DNA from: Methanobacteriota archaeon
GTDB taxonomy: Archaea > Thermoplasmatota > Thermoplasmata > SG8-5 > JAGLSY01
Assembly (NCBI GenBank): GCA_020696385.1
Contig: JAEHCQ010000001.1
Location: 416,001-480,000, forward strand
Direction of reading: 5' to 3'
Length of the DNA: 64,000 nt
A model generated the notes under the pieces. That model searched no databases. It was not told the origin of the DNA and saw only the letters and a program-made list of their open reading frames with translations. Positions 9,030-18,400 of this stretch are shown here, piece after piece (position 1 is the stretch's first letter; every line of letters begins with the position of its first letter). Both the position numbers and the translations under genes were made by a program.

Positions 9030-11492
9030 ATGAAATATGATAAAATGTTGATTAGCATCTTGCTAATCACCTCAATGATATTAGCTAGTATCGCGATAGT
9101 TTCTGATAATGTGAGTTCCATCGATGTTGGAGGTGATTCTGTTACAGAAATAGCCTCACTTCCCAATGGTGTGACCATAAATGACATCTCGTGGAAGGAT
9201 GATGGTTCCATTGCCCTTGCCGTGGGAGCCAATGAATCTGGCGGCTCCAATGCCTTCTGGTATTATCCAAATATCGACCAGTGGGTGGGACTTACCCCGT
9301 ACTGCGTCGAGGTCCCTATGGAATTGGTCCACACACAGGTAGCAACAGAATGGGAAGCAATGTCTCTGGCATTCTCCCCAGTTTACAATTACACTTTCTA
9401 TATTGATGATGGTGCCCTTAGCAAGTTAACAGAGGGCGTGCATTATAATTTCAATCCTGTAACTGGAGAGGTCGTGATGCTACCTCCAAATCTATCACCT
9501 GGTGATGAACTGCTTTGCTGGTACAATTACTCCATAAGAGAATTCTTCGGAGTGGAATATGATCCATTCACCGATAGTTTCGGCATAGTGGGAGGATATG
9601 TGGATGGCATTCAGTCAAGCGCAATGTATGTGACTCCAGGATCGACAGAGATGTTCGAGATATCGCATAACGGTTCGTGGCCGACCCAGGAACTCAGAGG
9701 AATGGATGTGGATGAGTACGGTAATTTCCTGGCAGTAGGGGCAAATGATCTGGTTCTTTTCTACAGATTGCTGGATGACACTTGGTATGCGGTTGCAGAT
9801 GATGAGCTAGATTCTGGATGGAATTATAATGATGTTAGCTATGAGCTGGAGAATCATAGATACTATCTGGTAGGTGGAAATGCCAGTGGAGGTGTGATAG
9901 CATACACAGATCCACTTGCAGACAATACTGTAATTCCAGCAAAGCATTACGATTATGACTCTTTCGCCAATATGACACAGAAAGCAATTATAAATTCCAT
10001 TGAATGGAACAATGACCCTAATAAATTCGGTGGAAATCAATATGCTTTGTTAGTTGGTAGCTCGGACCTGGTCATGATCCAACCAATTGATTCCGGATCA
10101 CCGATGATCGTTGGCCCACAGATACCGAATATGGTCTTTGAGGATGTTGGATTTGACGAATCCTCGTGGGAGTACGCGACGCTCGTCGGATGGGATCAAT
10201 CCACTTCCAAGGGCTATATCCTTTATTTCAAACCTGGAGAATCCAATATAAAGACCCTGCACTCTGATATCAGCCAGAAGTTCTATTGTGTAGATTATCG
10301 GCCGCCGAACAGCCCGTCCTTCGGCTTCGTTATAGGAGCTAGTGGCGGAGCTAAGATCAACACAAATGCATTTGACATTACCACGAAGCTCTATGTGAAC
10401 ACCGATGTGCCTCATGTATTCGATACAGACATGTGGGATGCCAGTGATGCTGGACAGGTATCAGTGCTCAATACACAGGTCGATGTCAAGAACACCTACA
10501 CTTTCTTTGTGGAAGTGAATTACACCGTTGGTGGAGATGATGAGTTCTGGGACAATAATGACAATGTCAGAGTGGTCCTCTGGGCATGGCATGATGAAGG
10601 GCAGACAGATACAGATTCAAATCCAGAAGGAACCTGGGCCACGGAAGATAACAGGACCAGGCAGTTCAGTGTAGCATGGGATGAGGGAACCACTCTTGTT
10701 CCTGGACAGGGAGCCGCCAGCATGGTATATCCTGTTGGAAGCGTGGGTGAGGACGAGTTCAGGCTGGATAGTTACTGGGTAGACCCAACTGGATATGGTC
10801 TGGATAGTAGCACCTGGCGAATGTACTTCAACATAACCTTCGATAATCAAACATGGGCCGCGGATGGAAATGGCTTTGGAAATGGAGCGGCGACCAATAT
10901 AAATGACCCTAGCCAGTCATTGAATGACCCCAATAGCTGGGATATGAGGTTCCAGATATATGATCAGGATTTCGTAACTGCATTGAACGAGAGCTATGAG
11001 GAGTTCGGGATATTCATGTTCACGAACATCAGCGTCAGTGGAAATCCGATGGGTAATGCACCTCCAGGAACCAATGATACCCTTCTGTCTCCAGTCTCCC
11101 AGATCACCTATGCTGCTAATATCGACTATTACCTGAATGTATCCATCACCAACCTGAGTAGAATAGGAGGAAGTGGAGTGATCGGAGCTAATAATATCAG
11201 GGTTGAGCTCAATGATCCTCAGGCCAACAATACCAATACACAGTTGAATGACACGTTCAGCTACTTCCCAGGAGAGGATCAGACACTGGGAGTTTGGGGA
11301 AATGTGTCGCAACCGGTCTCTGATTGGATGCTACCAGCTCCATTGAATGGAACATCATCTAATGGACCATTTGGCTCGGATTATAATGCTTATGGCGGCA
11401 CCACGAACTTAACCTGGTATGCGTCAGTTCCAGCTGCCATACCTGAAGGGATCTATGAGGCTGTTATAACGATCACGATAGGGTACTATTGA
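9030..11492 (+). CDS. array paralog 1: secreted propeller/Ig/pilin-like-tail protein with a small (~75 aa) inserted beta domain
   Basis: Signal peptide, NDISW..G..A.AVG blades, shared C-terminal module, ends GIYEAVITITIGYY; SD GGAGG. Confidence 0.85.
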   Translation: MKYDKMLISILLITSMILASIAIVSDNVSSIDVGGDSVTEIASLPNGVTINDISWKDDGSIALAVGANESGGSNAFWYYPNIDQWVGLTPYCVEVPMELVHTQVATEWEAMSLAFSPVYNYTFYIDDGALSKLTEGVHYNFNPVTGEVVMLPPNLSPGDELLCWYNYSIREFFGVEYDPFTDSFGIVGGYVDGIQSSAMYVTPGSTEMFEISHNGSWPTQELRGMDVDEYGNFLAVGANDLVLFYRLLDDTWYAVADDELDSGWNYNDVSYELENHRYYLVGGNASGGVIAYTDPLADNTVIPAKHYDYDSFANMTQKAIINSIEWNNDPNKFGGNQYALLVGSSDLVMIQPIDSGSPMIVGPQIPNMVFEDVGFDESSWEYATLVGWDQSTSKGYILYFKPGESNIKTLHSDISQKFYCVDYRPPNSPSFGFVIGASGGAKINTNAFDITTKLYVNTDVPHVFDTDMWDASDAGQVSVLNTQVDVKNTYTFFVEVNYTVGGDDEFWDNNDNVRVVLWAWHDEGQTDTDSNPEGTWATEDNRTRQFSVAWDEGTTLVPGQGAASMVYPVGSVGEDEFRLDSYWVDPTGYGLDSSTWRMYFNITFDNQTWAADGNGFGNGAATNINDPSQSLNDPNSWDMRFQIYDQDFVTALNESYEEFGIFMFTNISVSGNPMGNAPPGTNDTLLSPVSQITYAANIDYYLNVSITNLSRIGGSGVIGANNIRVELNDPQANNTNTQLNDTFSYFPGEDQTLGVWGNVSQPVSDWMLPAPLNGTSSNGPFGSDYNAYGGTTNLTWYASVPAAIPEGIYEAVITITIGYY

Positions 11493-11524
11493 TGGTTTGA
11501 TAATTAGAGCCGTTTCCATAAAGT

Positions 11525-11570
11525 CACAATCGGATAATGTATCCGATTGTGTCTATCCTACTTTTTCCCA
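11525..11570 (+). terminator. hairpin plus T-tract after paralog 1
   Basis: CACAATCGGATA-atg-TATCCGATTGTG (12-bp stem) followed by CTTTTTCCC. Confidence 0.55.
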
Positions 11571-11599
11571 TAATATATAATAGTTACCCAAATAGTATA

Positions 11600-11609
11600 T
11601 TTATATAAA
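11600..11609 (+). promoter_or_regulatory. TATA box candidate for paralogs 2-12 operon
   Basis: TTTATATAAA about 120 nt upstream of ATG 11723. Confidence 0.45.
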
Positions 11610-11722
11610 GTAACATACAAGCTTTATTCTCTAAGGGAGGGTTCCGAAAGGACCCTGCATGATGCGCATCCCTCAATGAAATGATGAGGGGGGCGAATTC
11701 AAAAATAGAGGGGACGAGGCCT

Positions 11723-14700
11723 ATGTTCAGAAAACGAGTTATAGCTTTGAGCATTGTGATATTGATGATAGCCAGTGTATTCTCTGGACTATCATTTTTA
11801 ATTGCAGCTGAAGATGTTGGAATGTATCCTATCGAGGATGTATTAAGTGCTCCAGCAGGTGTCCAATTGAATGATATCGCATGGCATCCTGATGAGAATA
11901 TTGCCGTTGCTGTTGGTAATGATTCGACCAATGGATATATCTACAGATATGAGCCAGACAATGATAACTGGGTCAATCTAAGAAATTATGTGGGAGATAA
12001 TTTCAAAGGTGTGACACAGTTGGAACCATGGACCTTCTTTGATGATGTTGAATCCGATGCTGGATGGACCGTCAACTCATGGATGGGTAACTTGAACTGG
12101 GAGAGAAGGAATCCAATAACCCTGCCAGTACCAGGTTCGGGTATCCCTCATGGAACAGCATATTCTGATAGTGCAGTATGGTGGTTCGGGAACATCACCA
12201 CTGGCGATTACAATGATAATAACCAGATAGTCAGAGGCAGCATGGTCTCTCCTGTAAAACATATACCAAATATCTCGACCAATGCAAACCTCTCATTCCA
12301 GCACTGGTTCGATGTGGAATCTGGTGGAAGTTATGACTATAGCCATGTCTATATCAAGAACACCACCGACCCAGGGTGGACAAATCTATACTCCTGGAAC
12401 TCTGGATGGGTAAGCTCCAATGGAGGTGCTGGCTCTCATACAAAGATAAGCTGGACGCAAGAGAGATATGATATATCTGACTGGATAGGAAATGATGTTC
12501 TTCTGAACTTCACATTTGATTCTGGCGGAGATGGCTCAGCGAATAATTATGCTGGCTGGCACATCGATGATATTCAATTAGAGAGCAATGGGGTCTTCAT
12601 GGCTGTGGGAAACCCTGGCGGAGGCTCTTTTTCTGCTTTCTATACAGATGGTTACAGTCCGATGACCAGTGTGGAAGACCTGAATGGCTTTGATCTGTAT
12701 GACGTGGCTGCTGGACCCGATGGTACCGCGGTCGCAGTCGGGGTTGGAGGAGCAGCCCTTTATTGGAATGGAGAGAGCTGGCAGGCCCTCAGCGGTGCAG
12801 CTGGCAGTGATATCTTGACCTCCATCGATTGCAATGGAACCCATTATTTCATTGTGGGCTATGATTCCAGTGATGATGGGATCGGTTTCTACATAACAGC
12901 TAATGAACTAGCTACAGGGAGCAGTGACATACATCCAATGCCTGGAGCCCCTACCTACAAGCTCAATAGCATCAGCTGGTCAAACAACTGTCCAGCTGGT
13001 GATTCTGATAATGGACTGGGAATAATCGCGGGAGAAGGGAACATCCTCGGCTTCACCAATCCCGAATTCTGGCGACAGAAAGACCCATCAACGATTCCCC
13101 CTGGCAGAAGGAATCAGGCCATGTCCTGGGATGAGGATTACAATCAAATGATAATGTTCGGGGGAAGTGATGGCTCTGACCTTGGTGATACCTGGGCATA
13201 TGATATTGGCGATGATGAATGGGTAGAAATTACCCCTGCAGGCAGCCCATCTGCAAGAAATTACCCCAGGATGGTATACAGTCCAACTGACAATGTCCAT
13301 ATAATGTTCGGAGGAAGCGATGGTGGTGGGTATGATGATGAGACATGGGTGTATAATTATGCCACAAACTCCTGGACGAACAAGAATCCCAACCCCAGAC
13401 CCCCTGCAAGATCCGAGCACACAATGGCCTATGACGAGGTCTATCAAAAGGTCATTCTCTTCGGTGGAAAGAATAACGATGGAAACCTGGCAGACACATG
13501 GGCTTACGATTACCGCACCAACACATGGACCAATATGACCCCCACAATAACCGGAACTCCAAGTGCGAGATTCCTGAGTGGGATGAGCTATGACTCAGTG
13601 AATGACAAAACCATAATGTTCAGTGGCTGGGGATCTTCTGGAGCCATCAGCGACACTTGGGCATATGATTATCCCAGCAATACATGGACCAATATGAATC
13701 CAGTACCATCCCCAACAGCGAGAGACAGGCATGCCATGACCTTCGATAAGGCTATTGGCCGAAGTGTTGTCTATGCTGGTTGGTCAGGAGCTTATGAAGA
13801 TGACACATGGACATACAATTACGGAACCAATTCCTGGGAAGAAATGGTCACACCTACTCGTCCATCTGATAGGTACGACATGCAAATGGCCTATGCCACT
13901 CAAGGAGTGATAGTGATGTTTGGAGGAATACCACCAGGCGACTCAGAAACATGGTTATGCAGGCTGAATGTCAACCCTTGGGGGGAACCTTCCAGTGTCA
14001 CAAATGGTGAGAGCTTCACTGCCACTGCATGGGATACCGCTGGAACAACAGCTATCGTCGTTGGTCACAATACCTCATCCGCAGTCCTTTATTCATATCA
14101 ATCTGGAGATGAGGATGTGACTCAATTACAGGATTTTAACAATGCGCTAGCTGGCCACGAGCTTTATGGTGTCAGCTGGAGACCTCTGGATCATGGTGCG
14201 CAATATGCCATGACTGTTGGAGCCAGTGCCTTCAAGCTATGGAGCAATGCATTCGATGATGGTACCACGATAACCGTGTCCACCGACAAGCCGCATATCT
14301 TCGATCATGGCCTGTGGAAAACAGCGGATGGACTTTATTCCACTTCAAAGCTGGATGCGCAATTGGACATCCAGACAACATACACCTTCTACACCGAAGT
14401 GAATTACACGATCGGAGGAGTGGATGACCTCACCGATGCTGATGGTAATTCCAGGATCGAGGTCATGGCCTGGTACGATGAAGGGAATACAGGAACCTCC
14501 AATCCAGATCCTTCATGGTCATCTGTAGACAATAGAACGCGACAGTTCAGGCTCATGTGGTTCGAGCAGAATGGAGGAACTCCAGCCACGGCCAGTATGA
14601 TTTACCCGAACCTCAGCCCGGGAACAGATGAGTTCCTGCTTGATGATTGGTGGATGGACCCAACTGGCTATGGTGTTGATGGCAATACAAGGAGGTTCTT

Positions 14701-15379
14701 CTTCAATGTCACTCTGGGAACACAAACATGGGCGGCTGACGGCCAGGGCTTTGGCAATGGTATTGGAACGCCACTATACGATAAATCATCCGCTCTCAAT
14801 GATCCAGATAGCTGGGATTTCAGAATAAGACTTTTCGACAATAATTTCGTCAATTCGGCCAATCTCTCATTCGGCGAGTTCGGGGTCTACAGGTACACGA
14901 ACATCACGGTAGCTGGCAACCCTGGCGGGAATGCACCGCCAGGTTCCATGAACTCCCCACTGGGGCCACAGAGCCAAGTCACATATTCTTCCAATATTCC
15001 ACATTATGTCAATGTCTCAGTTGGAGATCTTAATAGACAAGGCGGAGGTGGCAACATTGATGCCACGAACATCAATGTCAGCCTTCAGAACGACCTCGGA
15101 ATTGGATTGAACCCATACACCGAGATCAATGACGATACTTGGCCCGATGGCAGGGCCTTTACAGGTGCGGGATTAGCCAATGGGCTGTGCGTTTGGGGTA
15201 ATAGGACCCAGGTAACCACATACATGCCAGCACCGAAGAACGGAACTACCACCCATGGACCCTGGGGTTCAGATTACAATAACATGGGTGTGACGAACAT
15301 CAACTGGTGGGCCAATGTGCCCGGAGCGACGCCTGAAGGGATCTACCAGGCGGCGATAACATTCAGCATAGAATATTAG
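11723..15379 (+). CDS. array paralog 2: carries an InhA/MAM-like jelly-roll domain and a Kelch-type propeller
   Basis: Start re-set to MFRKRVIAL (signal peptide); FFDDVES...GWHIDDI domain; about six MFGG...DTWAYD...NTWT repeats; shared C-terminal module ending GIYQAAITFSIEY. Confidence 0.87.
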   Translation: MFRKRVIALSIVILMIASVFSGLSFLIAAEDVGMYPIEDVLSAPAGVQLNDIAWHPDENIAVAVGNDSTNGYIYRYEPDNDNWVNLRNYVGDNFKGVTQLEPWTFFDDVESDAGWTVNSWMGNLNWERRNPITLPVPGSGIPHGTAYSDSAVWWFGNITTGDYNDNNQIVRGSMVSPVKHIPNISTNANLSFQHWFDVESGGSYDYSHVYIKNTTDPGWTNLYSWNSGWVSSNGGAGSHTKISWTQERYDISDWIGNDVLLNFTFDSGGDGSANNYAGWHIDDIQLESNGVFMAVGNPGGGSFSAFYTDGYSPMTSVEDLNGFDLYDVAAGPDGTAVAVGVGGAALYWNGESWQALSGAAGSDILTSIDCNGTHYFIVGYDSSDDGIGFYITANELATGSSDIHPMPGAPTYKLNSISWSNNCPAGDSDNGLGIIAGEGNILGFTNPEFWRQKDPSTIPPGRRNQAMSWDEDYNQMIMFGGSDGSDLGDTWAYDIGDDEWVEITPAGSPSARNYPRMVYSPTDNVHIMFGGSDGGGYDDETWVYNYATNSWTNKNPNPRPPARSEHTMAYDEVYQKVILFGGKNNDGNLADTWAYDYRTNTWTNMTPTITGTPSARFLSGMSYDSVNDKTIMFSGWGSSGAISDTWAYDYPSNTWTNMNPVPSPTARDRHAMTFDKAIGRSVVYAGWSGAYEDDTWTYNYGTNSWEEMVTPTRPSDRYDMQMAYATQGVIVMFGGIPPGDSETWLCRLNVNPWGEPSSVTNGESFTATAWDTAGTTAIVVGHNTSSAVLYSYQSGDEDVTQLQDFNNALAGHELYGVSWRPLDHGAQYAMTVGASAFKLWSNAFDDGTTITVSTDKPHIFDHGLWKTADGLYSTSKLDAQLDIQTTYTFYTEVNYTIGGVDDLTDADGNSRIEVMAWYDEGNTGTSNPDPSWSSVDNRTRQFRLMWFEQNGGTPATASMIYPNLSPGTDEFLLDDWWMDPTGYGVDGNTRRFFFNVTLGTQTWAADGQGFGNGIGTPLYDKSSALNDPDSWDFRIRLFDNNFVNSANLSFGEFGVYRYTNITVAGNPGGNAPPGSMNSPLGPQSQVTYSSNIPHYVNVSVGDLNRQGGGGNIDATNINVSLQNDLGIGLNPYTEINDDTWPDGRAFTGAGLANGLCVWGNRTQVTTYMPAPKNGTTTHGPWGSDYNNMGVTNINWWANVPGATPEGIYQAAITFSIEY

Positions 15380-15458
15380 GAGGTCGTAACATGAAAACGA
15401 ATACAGAAAATTTGAGCAAGAACATGACGGCCTTCGAACAGAGAAGGGGTGATTCTCA

Positions 15459-18400
15459 ATGAATCAAAAAATAACCTCAATAGCAATAGTGTGTGCGATG
15501 CTGTTGATGGGAATATCCATCAACATAGACAGTGGCGCCCAAGGGGCCTTCGTGAACTATCAGTCAGTACCATGGACAAGTGACTTCACACCATTGGATT
15601 CCGCATGGGATCCTGCAGGGGACAATTGTGTAGTTGTTGGAAATGACACCTCTGGTCTGCAATCCAGTGCCTGGCATTTTTATGAGCCGACAAACACCTG
15701 GTCACCTATATTTGAAGGAACTGATGCATCTTCACCAGCAGCCAACGTGGTTGTCAATGACAATACAAGCATGACGTATGGTTCTATACAGAGTGCGATA
15801 GATGCTGCAAGCTCTGGCAATGTCCTGGAAGTATGGTCCGGAACCTATTATGAGAATATTGCCATAAACAAGATGCTGACCATAATCGGTAACGGCAGTG
15901 CGAACACCATCATAGATGGGGGTAATGCCGACAATGTCGTGCACATTGGCGCATCCAATGTGGAGTTCAGTGGTTTCAGCGTGACTGGCAGTACACTATT
16001 CTCTGGATATGCAGGGATATTGCTATTCAACTCCGATAACTGCAATATACATGACAATTACATCTACGACAATTATGATGGAATTCGACTTGAGGGGTCA
16101 TCCAACAACATCATCACGGAGAATGATGTTGAGAACAATGAGGTTGGAATAATCACTGCAAGCAGCCCGGAGACAAAGAGTTTGATGGGAGTTTCTGAAG
16201 ATGGCGGGTCGGTAGGCTATGGAGCCATGTATGAACTAGACACGGATGGCTCTAATTTCGATGTGATCCGCGAATTCCTCCCAGAACATCAGGACGGTAG
16301 GAACCCATATTACAATGCGGCATTGACACTGGATATGTTCGATCTCAACACACTGTACGGTACCACAAGATACGGTGGCTCACATAATGCTGGTATTATC
16401 TTCAGAACAGATGTAAATGGAGCATCTTACGATATTCTATTTAATTTCACAGCAAGTGTCAATGATGGCAGATACCCCACAGGGGATTTACTGCAAATCG
16501 GTGATGAACTTTATGGAATGTGTAATTCAGGTGGAAGTTCTAACTATGGGACGATCTTTAAAATAAGAACAGATGGTAGTGATTTTGAGGTCCTTCATAG
16601 CTTTACCGGGGGCGCCGGAGGGAGTTCCCCACAATATGGAGGCTTAGTCTATGATGGCTCGTCAATATATGGAATGACATACAATGGTGGAACCATCTAC
16701 GGTACAATATTCCAGATATATCCAGATGGTTCAGGCTTCACGATCCTGCACAACTTTGATTCTGCCAATGGTGAATATCCATATGGAAGTCTCACTGTCA
16801 GTGGAGGAATGCTCTATGGCATGACCCGTATGGGAGGTCTTTGGGATGATGGAGTGATATTCAAGATAGACACCTCAGGCGGTGGTTACACGGTGCTTCG
16901 TGAATTTGGCCCCACCTTCTACAATCCTTACGGGAATCTCTTGATCATAGGGTCAAATCTTTATGGAATGGTCTACAATGGGCCTGCCAACTATGGGGGC
17001 GTGTTCACCATCGATATATGGGGTGGCGGATTCAATGTACTGCACAGCTTTGCAGGCGGTGTTGGTGATGGTGGCTACCCATACGGAAGCCTGGTACATG
17101 ATGGGAGCGGCATGCTCTATGGGACGACCAGGAGCTATGGAGCCAATAGTGTTGGGACCATTTTCAAGGTCAGCACCGATGGCTTGACATATAATCTGAT
17201 CACATCTTTTACAGGCACAGCGGGCGTAGCCCCGGGGTCATACTCAGGATGCAATCTGATATACGATGGAGGATGGCTCTATGGAACGACCCAGAGTGGA
17301 GGAACCACAAATGACGGGACCATTTTCAAGGTCAGGTGGGATGGTTCTTTATTTACCTCACTACATAACTTTGATGATGCGACGAATGGAGGTACCTACC
17401 CCAAATCAAACCTACTCCAGAGTGGAGATTACATCTACGGGGTCACTAACAACGGTGGCATTTATGGCTCGGGAACTTTATACAAAATGAATATTGACAA
17501 GACCGGCTACACCATAATGCATCATTTCAATTCTGTTGATGGTAGTAATGGAGATAATCCGTATTCTGAACCGATCCAGGTAGGTGGTACATTATACGGA
17601 ACCACCTATGATGGCGGAGTCTTTGGCCAGGGAACTATCTACAAGATAGAGACTGACGGTACTGGCTTTTCGCTATTGCATAGCTTCCAGGGTGGTTTAA
17701 CAGATGGGGCTAGCCCTTACTCTGGACTTACTTATGACGGGTCATTCCTATATGGAGCAACTCGAAATGGTGGACCCTCGAACTATGGTTCGGTCTATAG
17801 GATCAACACTGGTGGTTTCGGCTACACAACAATGCACCTTTTCGGTGGAGTGCCAGACGGAGAATATCCAGGTTATGGAAAATTACTGGATGATGGGGTA
17901 TTCCTATATGGGACAACAACCAATGGAGGAATGTTCGATAGAGGCACTGTGTTTAAAATAGCTAAGGCCACTTCCATAGTAACGATACTTCATAATTTCA
18001 CAAGTGTTGTCTCGGATGCACAGTATCCATATGGCGGCCTTGTGTCCGATGGCACATATCTCTATGGAATGACCAGCTCTGGAGGGGTGTATGGCGATGG
18101 AACAGTATACAGAGTGCGCACAGACGGGTCTAACTTCGGCCTAATGCACCACTTCGATTATAATGCGGATGGTGGCTACCCTGAAGCGTCATTGACACTC
18201 GATGGGAACACATTGTATGGTGTTACATCGGAAGGTGGTGATGGAGTCACAGATTATGGTACGGTATTCAAGATCGACAAGGATACTGCGGTATTCACTT
18301 TGCTTCGCTATTTCCAAGGGAATCCAGGTATTGCCTATCCATATGGCTGTGGCATTGCCATGATAACCTACCCTGCTGCAGATTCGTGGACCAATCTCAT

